64,000 bases of DNA from an uncultured Gemmatimonadota bacterium. GTDB taxonomy: Bacteria; JAAXHH01. Each line of letters starts with the position of its first letter. Within the stretch, counting starts at the first letter, position 1. The stretch covers positions 640,001 to 704,000 of the forward strand of contig OX638340.1 of NCBI GenBank assembly GCA_951812955.1, in the 5' to 3' direction. Position numbers and translations under genes: made by a program. Below the pieces are notes generated by a model. That model was not told where the DNA came from and made no database searches. It saw only the letters and a program-made list of their open reading frames with translations. Shown here one piece after another: positions 43,109 through 52,115 of the stretch.

Positions 43109-46009
43109 CTAATCCTCTACAACGACTTTCTCGACCGCCACAGCGCAGTACTTGAACTCGGGGATCTTGCCCTCGGGATCCAGCGCGTCGTTGGTCAGGA
43201 TATTGGCGGCCGCTTCCTTGAAGTGGAAGGGAATGAAAACGTTGCCTTCGGCGACCCGCGTCGAAGCCTTCGACTTCAGCGTGATGGCGCCGCGGCGGGA
43301 GGAGACGACGACCGGTTCGCCGTCGACTACGCCGAGCAGGTCCAGGTCTGCCGGCGTCATCTCGACGAACGCTTCGGGCGCTATGGCATCCAGGGCCTTC
43401 GCCCGGCGGGTCATGGTTCCCGTATGCCAGTGTTGCAGAAGCCGTCCGGTATTCAGGACAAAGGGGAACTCAGCGTCCGGCAGTTCATCGGGCGGCGCGA
43501 AGGATACGGGCATGAATCGCCCCCGTCCGATGGGGAAGGTGTCGCTGAAGAGGATGGGCTCGTCAAGCGGCCATACCACCGTGCTTTGTTCCATCGATTC
43601 ATAGGTGATCCCATTGAATATAGGCGTTAGGCCCACGATCTCCTCCCAGACTTCCTCCGGCCCCCCGTATTCCCATGCGTCTATCGCATCGCCTTGCTCC
43701 ATCCGTATCATCCGGTTGGCCAGATCGATCAGTATATCCCCGTCCAGCCGCGCTTCGCCTGGTGGCTGGATCGCCTGCCTGCCGACCTGGACCATGCGGT
43801 TGGTGTTGACATAGGTGCCTCGTTTCTCGATCGCGGTGGAAGCCGGCAGGACCACGTCGGCGAATTCGGCGGTCTCCGTCAGGAAGATGTCCTGAACGAC
43901 CAGGAAGGACAGGTTCTGCAGGGCTTTTCTTACCTTGTTCATGTTCGGGTCCGACAGGAAGGGATTCTCTCCCATCATGAACATGCCCGCGATGCGTCCA
44001 TCGAGCGCGCCGTGCATGATCTCCACGACGGTCAGTCCATCCGCCGGATCCAGGGCTTTGCCCCATGCGGATTCGAATCGTCTGCGAACTTCCTGGTCCG
44101 TAACAGGCTGATAGCCCGGGTAGTACCGGGGGATCAGTCCCACGTCAGAAGCGCCCTGCACGTTGTTCTGGCCGCGCAGGGGATGCAGCCCGGTGCCGCG
44201 GCGCCCGATATTGCCGGTCATGAGACACAGCGAAATGAGCGCGCGGGCATTGTCGGTGCCCTTGACGTGCTGGCTGATCCCCATGCCCCAGAAGATGATC
44301 GCCCGCTCCGCGCGCCCGTAAACTCGCGCCAGCTCTTCAATCAATTCCGCGGAAACGCCGGTGATCCTGGAGGTCATTTCCGGGTTGTATGAACGCACCG
44401 ATTCGGCGAGTGCTTCGATTTTTTCGGTACGGTCCGCGATGAACGCGTCGTCCTGCAATCCTTCCCGCAGAATTACGTGCATCAATCCGTTGAGTAACGC
44501 GACATCCGTGCCGGGCTTGAACCGCACGTACCGGGTGGCGTGGTCCGCGATGGTGGGCCGACGCGGATCGAGCACGTAGAGCTTGATCCCCTTCTGGGCC
44601 GCCTGTTTCAAGTAGGTGGCGGCAACGGGATGGTTGTCCTCGGTATTGGAGCCGATCACGAAGATCACGTCCGTATCGAGGACTTCCTGGAAGGCGTTCG
44701 ACACGGCCCCGCTTCCGATGGCCTCCGTGAGTGCCGCAACGGAAGACGCGTGGCAGAGACGCGTGCAGTGGTCTACGTTGTTGGTACCGAATACGACACG
44801 GATCAGCTTCTGGAAGAGGTAGGCTTCCTCGTTGGTGACCTTGGCCGAACCGAAGCCGGCCAGGGCGCCCGGTCCGTTCGATTGCTTGATTTCCAGCAGC
44901 TTTCGGGCCGCGAGGTCGAGCGCCTCATCCCATTCGGCTTCCCGGTATACTTCGCGGATGCGGTCGTTCCAGTCCGCGGACCGCAGCGAACGCCTGAATT
45001 CCCGGTAATCCGTAAAATCCGCCGAAAGCGGTTGCTTGGGATAGGCGTCTTCCCTCCTGATGAGCGGTTTCAGGAGCCGCTGCGGATGGTGCGTGTAGTC
45101 GTAGCCATACCTTCCCTTGACACACAGCCTGCCTTCCGTGTGGGTTTCCTCCCGTCCGGTCGCCCTCAGGATCCTGTTGTTTCGAACATGGTACGTGATG
45201 CCACAGCCCACCCCGCAGTAGGGACACAGGGAGTCGATCCGCGTAACGTCCCGTTCATCCCCTTGCGAAACGACATCGCGGGGTACGTGTTGTTCGCGAT
45301 CGGACAGGCAATCCGGGTCTGCGGCCGGTTTCACGGACCCGGGACTGCTCCCGGCCGTATCTACGAGCGGGATGTCGGTCAGAGCCCCGGTGGGACAGGC
45401 GGCCACACATTCACCGCAGGAGACGCAGGAGGACTTCCCCATGGGCAGGTCGTTGTCGAAGGCGATCCGGGTACCGCAGCCCTTGCCGGCACGGCCAATG
45501 ACGTCGTTTACCTGCACGTCGTCGCAGGCGCGGATACAACGGTCGCACAGGATGCAGGCATTGTGCGCCACCGCGATCACCGGCGAGGACACATCCTCAT
45601 GTTGCGTCGGATTCGGCGCCGCCGGGGCAAACCTATCGGGTCGCGCGGCGAGTTGCCTACCCAGACGCGCCAGTTCATCATGCTCGACCGGCTTGCGCCG
45701 TTCCGGCGCCTTCGGCTGTCCGGCCTCCAGCAATTCCACGAGGGTACGGCGGGTGCGCCGGACCCGCTCCGTATCGGTACGCACGACCATGCCCTCTTCC
45801 ACCTGGCGGATGCAAGCCGCCGGCAAGGTCCGGGCGTTTTCCACGTCTACTACGCACACGCGGCATACGGCCACGGGACGCATCCCTGGATCGTGGCAAA
45901 GCGTGGGGATTTCGATACCGGCCGAGCGGGCCGCATCCCAGATCGTGGCGCCTTCCGGCGCGGTTACGCGTCTGCCGTCGAGGGTCAGCGTCACGGAATC
46001 ACTGCGCAT
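43109..46009 (-). CDS. Molybdopterin oxidoreductase catalytic subunit, NAD-linked formate dehydrogenase alpha (FdsA/NuoG-like), Cys-type
   Basis: About 966 aa from MRSDSVTLTLDGRR. Has an N-terminal 2Fe-2S (CHDPGMRPVAVCRVC) and 4Fe-4S ferredoxin motifs (CILCDRCIRAC, CVSCGECVAACP). The Mo-bisPGD domain carries the active-site CTRLCHASSVAAL, with Cys where selenoprotein FDHs have Sec. The reading frame is uninterrupted, so there is no in-frame TGA. Confidence 0.85.
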   Translation of the reverse strand: MRSDSVTLTLDGRRVTAPEGATIWDAARSAGIEIPTLCHDPGMRPVAVCRVCVVDVENARTLPAACIRQVEEGMVVRTDTERVRRTRRTLVELLEAGQPKAPERRKPVEHDELARLGRQLAARPDRFAPAAPNPTQHEDVSSPVIAVAHNACILCDRCIRACDDVQVNDVIGRAGKGCGTRIAFDNDLPMGKSSCVSCGECVAACPTGALTDIPLVDTAGSSPGSVKPAADPDCLSDREQHVPRDVVSQGDERDVTRIDSLCPYCGVGCGITYHVRNNRILRATGREETHTEGRLCVKGRYGYDYTHHPQRLLKPLIRREDAYPKQPLSADFTDYREFRRSLRSADWNDRIREVYREAEWDEALDLAARKLLEIKQSNGPGALAGFGSAKVTNEEAYLFQKLIRVVFGTNNVDHCTRLCHASSVAALTEAIGSGAVSNAFQEVLDTDVIFVIGSNTEDNHPVAATYLKQAAQKGIKLYVLDPRRPTIADHATRYVRFKPGTDVALLNGLMHVILREGLQDDAFIADRTEKIEALAESVRSYNPEMTSRITGVSAELIEELARVYGRAERAIIFWGMGISQHVKGTDNARALISLCLMTGNIGRRGTGLHPLRGQNNVQGASDVGLIPRYYPGYQPVTDQEVRRRFESAWGKALDPADGLTVVEIMHGALDGRIAGMFMMGENPFLSDPNMNKVRKALQNLSFLVVQDIFLTETAEFADVVLPASTAIEKRGTYVNTNRMVQVGRQAIQPPGEARLDGDILIDLANRMIRMEQGDAIDAWEYGGPEEVWEEIVGLTPIFNGITYESMEQSTVVWPLDEPILFSDTFPIGRGRFMPVSFAPPDELPDAEFPFVLNTGRLLQHWHTGTMTRRAKALDAIAPEAFVEMTPADLDLLGVVDGEPVVVSSRRGAITLKSKASTRVAEGNVFIPFHFKEAAANILTNDALDPEGKIPEFKYCAVAVEKVVVED

Positions 46010-47702
46010 CGGCACCGCCCGTGGTACGATCGGCCTGGCGATCGGCCTGAGGATCGGCCTGGCGATCCGCCGCTTGCCGACAGAGGATCTCGAACTCTTC
46101 CGGGAAATGCCGGCGGGCGGAGGTAAGCGGAAGTGCCGCAGCCTGGCCGAGCCCGCATATGGACGATAGCTCCATCGCTTCTGCAACATCCTTTACGGGT
46201 GCCAGCATGTCGGGCCGCCCGTTGCCTTCAAGTACCTTTTCCAATAGCTGAACGAGATGCTCCGTACCGGTCCGGCAGGGCACGCACTTTCCGCAGGATT
46301 CGTTGCGAAAGAACGTTACCGCGTTCAAGGCTAGATCCACCATGTTTGTGCCCTCGGCCAGAACGATGACCGCACCGGACCCCAGCATGGACCCGGCGTC
46401 CGCGAGGGGCTTGAAGTCAAGCGGGATATCCGCCATGGAAGCTGGAAGGAAACCCGACGACGTGCCTCCCGGAGAAAAGGCCTTCAGCTTGCGACCGTCG
46501 GAAACGCCGCCCCCCTCGTTATCAATGAGATCGCGAACCCGCGTTCCGAGGGGGATTTCGTACACGCCGGGCCGGTTGACATGCCCGCTGAGGGCGATGT
46601 ACTTGCGTCCCGCCGCGCCGTTTATCCCCTGGCTTCTGAACCATTCGGCGCCGCGACGCAAAATGGCGGGCACCCAGGCGAACGTCTCCACATTGTTGAT
46701 GAGCGTGGGCCTGCCGTGTAGCCCGTGCGTACCCGGGAACGGCGGCTTGTTCCGGGGTTCTGCACGTTTGCCTTCCATTGCTTCCAGCAGAGCCGTCTCC
46801 TCGCCGCAGATATAACCGCCCGGACTGTCGAAGATCTCAAGGTGAAACGAATGTTCCGAATTGAACACGCCGTCGCCCAGGTATCCCGCGGAGTAGAACG
46901 CCCTGATGGTCTTCTCCAGCACTTCCCGTTCCCGTTCGTATTCATGGCGAAGGTAAAGGTATCCCTGATTTGCCCCGACCACGAGACCACCCAGGATCAG
47001 CCCTTCGACGACGAGATGGGGATAGTGGTACAGGATCTCGCGGTCCTTGAACGTGCCGGGTTCGCTCTCGTCCGCATTGCAGATCGCGTACTTGTCCTCG
47101 GATTCGGCCTTTCGGACCAGATCCCACTTCACCCCCGTCGGGAACCCGGCTCCGCCCATGCCGCACAGCCCGCTGTCCTTGATTACCTGCAGAATCCGGT
47201 CCGAGTTGCCGTCCGAAACCCACGCTTTTAACGATTCGGCGGCCAGTGGATGGCCATAGGGATCAATAAGCCCGGGGCTGGCACGCCGCCGGGTGGGCTG
47301 CCGGGCGACCCTTCCGTCCTCGGCCAACCGGGCGACGAAATTGCTAAGACGGTCCGGTGACATGGAACGGTAACTGAGATCGTTGATCGAGACCGCCGGC
47401 GCCCCATCGCACTGTCCAAGGCAGGAAACTCCGGTTACCTCCCAGTTTTCAAGCCCGGCATAATCCACGGTTTCCCGCAGGGTCTCCAGCAGGTCACAGG
47501 CGCCGTGGAGGTGGCACGTGAGGTCGGTACAGACGCGCAGCGTAGCCACCGGGGGAGGCTCAAGTCTGAAGTGAGGGTAGAAGCTGGCCACGCCATGGGC
47601 TTCGTAGAGGGGAATGCCCTTCCGCTCCGACAGGGATTTCAGTTCATCTTCAGGCAGATAGCCGTGGCGCGCCTGTATCTCCTTCAGATCATCTATCAGC
47701 AT
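45999..47702 (-). CDS. NAD(H)-binding diaphorase subunit. It is a fusion of a NuoE-like 2Fe-2S thioredoxin-fold domain with a NuoF-like FMN/NAD/4Fe-4S domain (FdsG+FdsB / HoxF-like).
   Basis: 567 aa. The NuoE-like N-terminus is MLIDDLKEIQARHGYLPEDELKSL...CTDLTCHLHGACDLLE...GVSCLGQCDGAPA. The NuoF-like core has GLCGMGGAGFPTGVKW and the ESCGKCVPCR 4Fe-4S motif. The C-terminal tail is low-complexity (QADR)n. It overlaps the alpha-subunit start by 11 nt. Confidence 0.8.
   Translation of the reverse strand: MLIDDLKEIQARHGYLPEDELKSLSERKGIPLYEAHGVASFYPHFRLEPPPVATLRVCTDLTCHLHGACDLLETLRETVDYAGLENWEVTGVSCLGQCDGAPAVSINDLSYRSMSPDRLSNFVARLAEDGRVARQPTRRRASPGLIDPYGHPLAAESLKAWVSDGNSDRILQVIKDSGLCGMGGAGFPTGVKWDLVRKAESEDKYAICNADESEPGTFKDREILYHYPHLVVEGLILGGLVVGANQGYLYLRHEYEREREVLEKTIRAFYSAGYLGDGVFNSEHSFHLEIFDSPGGYICGEETALLEAMEGKRAEPRNKPPFPGTHGLHGRPTLINNVETFAWVPAILRRGAEWFRSQGINGAAGRKYIALSGHVNRPGVYEIPLGTRVRDLIDNEGGGVSDGRKLKAFSPGGTSSGFLPASMADIPLDFKPLADAGSMLGSGAVIVLAEGTNMVDLALNAVTFFRNESCGKCVPCRTGTEHLVQLLEKVLEGNGRPDMLAPVKDVAEAMELSSICGLGQAAALPLTSARRHFPEEFEILCRQAADRQADPQADRQADRTTGGADAQ
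46025..46075 (-). repeat. 12-bp tandem repeats (gatcggcctg g/a c/g x4) encoding the QADRQADPQADRQADR tail of the diaphorase subunit. They overlap the RBS region of the alpha subunit.
   Basis: Seen directly: cgatcggcctggcgatcggcctgaggatcggcctggcgatccgc. Confidence 0.7.
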
Positions 47703-47725
47703 GTAACTGGTCCGGTATGATTCGG

Positions 47726-48493
47726 TTACGAGGCGAGTTGGCGTATCGAGGTCGTCCAGCCCGAGTCGTCGATATCGACGATCCGGAACGCGGCCGGTTC
47801 GTCCGTAGCAATGACACGGGTGCCGTCCGCTCTGATTACGGGGTCCTTGCGAAACTGCAGTCCCACGCTCGGTGCGGTCAGGACGGTTGCATGGTCGAGT
47901 TCAATGCAGAAGTCGTGGTGCACGTGACCGCACAGGATCAGTCGTAACGAGGGGTGGGCATTGCATATTCGGAGAAAACGGCCGCTTTCCTGCAGTATCA
48001 ACTCATCCATCCAGGCGACGCCCACGGGTACGGGCGGGTGATGCATGCAGATGACGGCGGGCGGATTGGTAGACAACCCACGCTCCAGCCAGTCCAGCTG
48101 AACGTCGTTCAGCCTGCCCGCCACCTCCCCTTCGTCCTGCGTATCGAGCACGATAACCCGTTGGCCGGCCCGCTCCAGCGCGTAGTAGTAAGGGGCCGAA
48201 TTCGCAACGGACTCTTCCAGCATGATCCGGCGGAAGACCGGTCTGTAATCGTGATTGCCTATAGCCATGTGACAGGGAAAACGAAGGTAAGAAAGAACGT
48301 CCTTGATCGCCCGGTAGGAGTCTTCGGATCCGTCGTTTATTTGATCGCCCGTCATGACGACGAGATCGGGCGAGGGACTCAGCACGTTGACCGCATCAAT
48401 GGCGGCCCGAAGCCGTCCCAGCGTGTCCTGGCCGTGGACGGGCTGCCGGTCCGCCGGCACGATATGGGGATCGGAAAGCTGAACGATGCGCAT
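47726..48493 (-). CDS. Calcineurin-like metallophosphoesterase (CpdA/3',5'-cyclic-nucleotide phosphodiesterase-like)
   Basis: 255 aa. Has MPE motifs DPH (SDPHIV), GDxxD (MTGDQINDG), GNHD (AIGNHDY) and GHVHH (CGHVHHD). Confidence 0.75.
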   Translation of the reverse strand: MRIVQLSDPHIVPADRQPVHGQDTLGRLRAAIDAVNVLSPSPDLVVMTGDQINDGSEDSYRAIKDVLSYLRFPCHMAIGNHDYRPVFRRIMLEESVANSAPYYYALERAGQRVIVLDTQDEGEVAGRLNDVQLDWLERGLSTNPPAVICMHHPPVPVGVAWMDELILQESGRFLRICNAHPSLRLILCGHVHHDFCIELDHATVLTAPSVGLQFRKDPVIRADGTRVIATDEPAAFRIVDIDDSGWTTSIRQLAS

Positions 48494-48496
48494 GAA

Positions 48497-49993
48497 TCAG
48501 GGTTTCCAATCTCTAACCAGCTGAACGAGCAGGCGAACCCCCACTCCTGTAGCGCCTTTAGGGCAATAGGACTTGCTCGACTCCGTGTAGGCCGTTCCCG
48601 CGATGTCCAGGTGCACCCAGGGACGCTCGATGAATTTCTCCAGAAAGGCGCCGGCGGTCAGTGCGCCGCCCCATCGACCGCCCGTGTTTTTCACGTCGGC
48701 GATATGGCTCTTGATCTGGTCGTGGTAATCCTTCCAGATTGGCAGGGGCCAGACTCGCTCGCCCGTCGTCTCTCCAGCCTTGCGTACCCGTTCCTGCAAA
48801 GGCTCGTCATTGCCCATCATCCCCGATGCCGCGTGGCCGAGGGCGACCACACATGCGCCGGTCAACGTGGCCAGGTCGATCACCGCCGCCGGACTGAATC
48901 GTTCCGCGTACCCCAGGGCGTCGGCCAGGACGAGGCGCCCCTCGGCGTCGGTGTTGATGACTTCGATCGTCTTCCCCGAAAGGGCCGTGATGATGTCGCC
49001 TGGTTTCAAAGCCTTGCCGTCCGGGAGGTTTTCGGTGGCGGGAACGAGCCCCACCACGTGAAGGGGTGGTTTCAACATGGCGATAGACTGCATGGCGCCG
49101 ATTACGGCCGCCGCGCCCGACATGTCGTGTTTCATTTCTTCCATGCCGCCGCTTGACTTGATGGAAATGCCCCCGCTATCGAAGGTGATGCCCTTCCCAA
49201 CGAAAACCAGGGTATCCCGGTCTTCGGAAGGTTCTCCGTACTCCAGAACAATGAATCGGGGGGGTTCCTCACTGCCCGCATTGACTGCGACCAAAGCGCC
49301 CATGCGTTCTTTTTCAATGTCCTTACGGGTAAGGACTCGGCATTTAAGATCGGAATCAGCGGCCATTTTTCGGGCGGCCGAAGCCAACTTGCGCGGTGGT
49401 AGCGCATTCCCTGGGGCGTTGGAGAGGTCGCGTGCCAGCGCCGTTCCCGCGGCGGTTATCCGCGCGGTTTCGATTCCGTCCCGGACCTCATTGGCTTGTG
49501 CGCGCTGCTGTATCACGACCGTCAGGTTCTCGAGCCTGGTTCGCTCGGGACCGGCGGACTTGTGGCAATCATATCGGTATTCGCCCAGTAACAGTCCTTC
49601 CACGGTGGCTTGTGTGCATTCCTGCAGTTCAAAGTCCGGTACGTCCAGTCCATGCACGGCCGTCGAAAGTTCAGAGACGCCGAGTTTAAGCGCCCGTTTG
49701 ACCGCTATGCCCGATGCGCGCCGGGCCGTTTCCAGACAGAAGTCGTTTCGTGGTCCGAGCCCCAGGAGGATAACCCTTCCGGGCGGCGCCTGGCCGCACG
49801 GATACAGCACCGCGACTTCCTGTTCATCGCCCTTGAAATCACCCAACTTCAGCATGCCATGCAGATAACGGCGCAGGGCGCTCTCCATGACCATGGAATC
49901 GGTCTCCTCGAGCTGATCGCCCTTGAAGAGCCCGATGATTACGTTGGTGTCGATTTCCGATCCGATTCGACCGATTTTCACGTCTATTTGCAT
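48497..49993 (-). CDS. pepA: Leucyl aminopeptidase (M17 family)
   Basis: 498 aa. Has the NTDAEGRL signature (INTDAEGRLVLADAL) and the catalytic-domain pattern (VGKGITFDSGGISIK). Confidence 0.9.
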   Translation of the reverse strand: MQIDVKIGRIGSEIDTNVIIGLFKGDQLEETDSMVMESALRRYLHGMLKLGDFKGDEQEVAVLYPCGQAPPGRVILLGLGPRNDFCLETARRASGIAVKRALKLGVSELSTAVHGLDVPDFELQECTQATVEGLLLGEYRYDCHKSAGPERTRLENLTVVIQQRAQANEVRDGIETARITAAGTALARDLSNAPGNALPPRKLASAARKMAADSDLKCRVLTRKDIEKERMGALVAVNAGSEEPPRFIVLEYGEPSEDRDTLVFVGKGITFDSGGISIKSSGGMEEMKHDMSGAAAVIGAMQSIAMLKPPLHVVGLVPATENLPDGKALKPGDIITALSGKTIEVINTDAEGRLVLADALGYAERFSPAAVIDLATLTGACVVALGHAASGMMGNDEPLQERVRKAGETTGERVWPLPIWKDYHDQIKSHIADVKNTGGRWGGALTAGAFLEKFIERPWVHLDIAGTAYTESSKSYCPKGATGVGVRLLVQLVRDWKP

Positions 49994-50092
49994 GCGTTTC
50001 CGTCCGGTTTGCGGCCGGTAGATCGTACTGTACGACTATACGATCACCCTGACCGGGTGAATTGGGGTCTCACCGAATGTGTTTCATCAACA

Positions 50093-50317
50093 TTAATGAT
50101 GGCATCCGCAGGCGGGACCGCATGGCGCGGATGGCACGGGTGCCGGGGCCGCCGAGGTGTCTTTCGCCGAAATCGCCGTGGCGAAGGCGGAGAATTTCTT
50201 GACCACGTCGTTGTCCGAGCACGCGGGGCACGAAACGTTTTCCGACGCGTCCGCGTTCTTTACCAGCAATTCAAAATCTTCACCACAACTGGCGCATTCA
50301 TATTCGAAAACAGGCAT
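50093..50317 (-). CDS. FmdB-family zinc-ribbon putative regulatory protein
   Basis: 74 aa. Has the MPVFEYECASCGEDFE...VSCPACS pattern (CxxC...CxxC), typical of the FmdB/CxxC_CxxC_SSSS family. The Cys-rich tail is CGPACGCHH. Confidence 0.5.
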   Translation of the reverse strand: MPVFEYECASCGEDFELLVKNADASENVSCPACSDNDVVKKFSAFATAISAKDTSAAPAPVPSAPCGPACGCHH

Positions 50318-50403
50318 AACGATAACACTCCAATGGGATGTTGCGGCGCCGGGCCGAAACCCGGTCGCGATGATGCATGCTAACCGCCGTCAGGTAATTC
50401 CGG

Positions 50404-51711
50404 TTAAACGTTGTTTGCTTCCTCGCGCTTCAGGCGATAGGCCCTGTCCAGCAGTTCCACCGGATGAAGGACATCGATCTCCCTTCCGTCCCGTCGAACG
50501 CCGTGCTGGATCTGAAGGATGCAGCCGGGATTTCCTGTCGCCACCATATCGGGCTCCGCTTGTCTGACATGACCCATCTTGCGGACCAGCAGCCTGTCCG
50601 CCATTTCGGGATGCGTCAGGTTGTATATGCCGGCGCTGCCGCAGCACCAGTCCGATTCCTCCAGTTCGACGAGTTCGAGTCCGGGAATCAGGCTCAGCAG
50701 GTCCCGGGGTTCCTCCCGCACGCGCTGGCCGTGAGCAAGGTGGCAGGCGTCGTGATAGGCGACCCGCGCCCTGATCGTACCCATCTCCTCATTAACGGGT
50801 ATCCCGGCGAGAAACTCGTGAACGTCCTTAACCTTGTTCGAAAAGGCAAAGGCGCGGTCTCGGTAAGCGGGATCCCCTGCCAGCAAATCACCGTACTCTT
50901 TCAGTTGTGCACCGCAGCCCGCGGCGTTTATGATGATGGTGTCCACTTCCGCCTTTTCGAAAGCATCGATGTTCCTGCGGGCAAGCGATTCGGCCACGGT
51001 ACGCTCACCGCTGTGCACCTGAAGCGCGCCGCAGCAGGTCTGTGTCTCGGGTATGACTACGTCGCAACCGTTTTCGTTCAACACCCGGGCGGTGGCGGTG
51101 TTCACATGGGTGAACATTTCGTTCATCACGCAACCCGATATCAGGCCCACGCGGTGGCTGGACTTCCCCCGTGCGGGCATGAACGGTCTCAACTGCCCTT
51201 TCATGGCCCGGTCCGGCATGACAGGGATCATGGATTCCATGTCGCGAATCCGTGACGGGAGCAGTTTCGTCAATCCCAGAATCCGTACGATCTTCTGAAG
51301 ACCCAGTGCCTGGTAGGCGCGCAACGGCAGGAAGGCGACGGAGAGCCTGAAGCGCGAAGGCAGCAGCATTTCGAACACGAGTTTCCGGAGAAACCGGTCA
51401 ATCACGGAACGGGGCCGTTTTTCCGCGATCTCCGCCCGGGCGGCTTCCACGAGACTGCCGTAGTGGACACCCGCGGGACAGGCCGTTTCGCAGGCCCGGC
51501 AGTCCAGGCACCCGTCCATGTGCTTCTCGAAATGATCCGTCAGTTCAATTCGACCATCCGCATAGGCGCGCATGAGGTGGATGCGGCCACGCGGCGAATC
51601 CATTTCCACGCCGAGTTCAGTATAAGTCGGACATGCCGGAAGACACAATCCGCAGTGCACGCAATCCAGAAACTTGTCGTATTCGTGTACCAGTCTATTC
51701 TGCGAGCTCAT
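50404..51711 (-). CDS. (Fe-S)-binding protein of the GlcF / heterodisulfide-reductase-like family (2x 4Fe-4S plus two CCG domains)
   Basis: From Met33 (MSSQNRLVHEYDKFLDCVHCGLCLPACPTY...CLDCRACETACPAGV). The ferredoxin motifs are followed by two Cys-rich CCG domains (CCGALQVHSG...; DWCCGSAGIYN). The upstream roughly 30-aa extension in the ORF-track entry is probably untranslated. Confidence 0.7.
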   Translation of the reverse strand: MSSQNRLVHEYDKFLDCVHCGLCLPACPTYTELGVEMDSPRGRIHLMRAYADGRIELTDHFEKHMDGCLDCRACETACPAGVHYGSLVEAARAEIAEKRPRSVIDRFLRKLVFEMLLPSRFRLSVAFLPLRAYQALGLQKIVRILGLTKLLPSRIRDMESMIPVMPDRAMKGQLRPFMPARGKSSHRVGLISGCVMNEMFTHVNTATARVLNENGCDVVIPETQTCCGALQVHSGERTVAESLARRNIDAFEKAEVDTIIINAAGCGAQLKEYGDLLAGDPAYRDRAFAFSNKVKDVHEFLAGIPVNEEMGTIRARVAYHDACHLAHGQRVREEPRDLLSLIPGLELVELEESDWCCGSAGIYNLTHPEMADRLLVRKMGHVRQAEPDMVATGNPGCILQIQHGVRRDGREIDVLHPVELLDRAYRLKREEANNV

Positions 51712-51947
51712 GCTATACGGATTCCGATCTTGCGGGAACGGGTGTACCGGCCGGTCGCGCCTGGACGCGCCTGGTCGCACCTGGACCGGCCTGGCCATGG
51801 CGCTCACGAGGGGATTCCACTAAGTGCAACGGCACGATCGGCTGGTTTGCAGGGCGATAGTCGTAGAATAACAGTAGTTTAAACGTATAATGTCAAGCAG
51901 TTTATGGGATGTCCACAGGGCGAAATAAACCTTCCATATTCCGTCGA

Positions 51948-52085
51948 TTGACATACTTTCCCCTGAAGACGCCGCCGGCTTGCGTGGCGCGGTAGGGAAC
52001 ATCCGAAATTCACCGTTCGACATACTTTCCCTTGAAGACGCCGCCGGCTTGCGTGGCGCGATAGGGAACATCCGATTCGTACGTC
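51948..52085 (+). repeat. Two tandem copies (period 69 bp) of a roughly 57-bp element (gacatactttccc(c)tgaagacgccgccggcttgcgtggcgcg(g/a)tagggaacatccga). They lie in the divergent intergenic region between the GlcF-like and DapA-like genes.
   Basis: Seen directly at 51950-52006 and 52019-52075, with about 95% identity. The second copy ends about 40 nt before the DapA-like start codon. Confidence 0.8.
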
Positions 52086-52115
52086 ATGTCCACCCGACTG
52101 GAAGGAGTTGTACGC

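Noticed and set aside
43109-46009. Selenocysteine (in-frame TGA) in the formate dehydrogenase catalytic subunit
   Set aside because: The reading frame is uninterrupted, and the active-site position carries Cys (CTRLCHASSVAAL). No SECIS-like context is needed, so this is a Cys-type enzyme.
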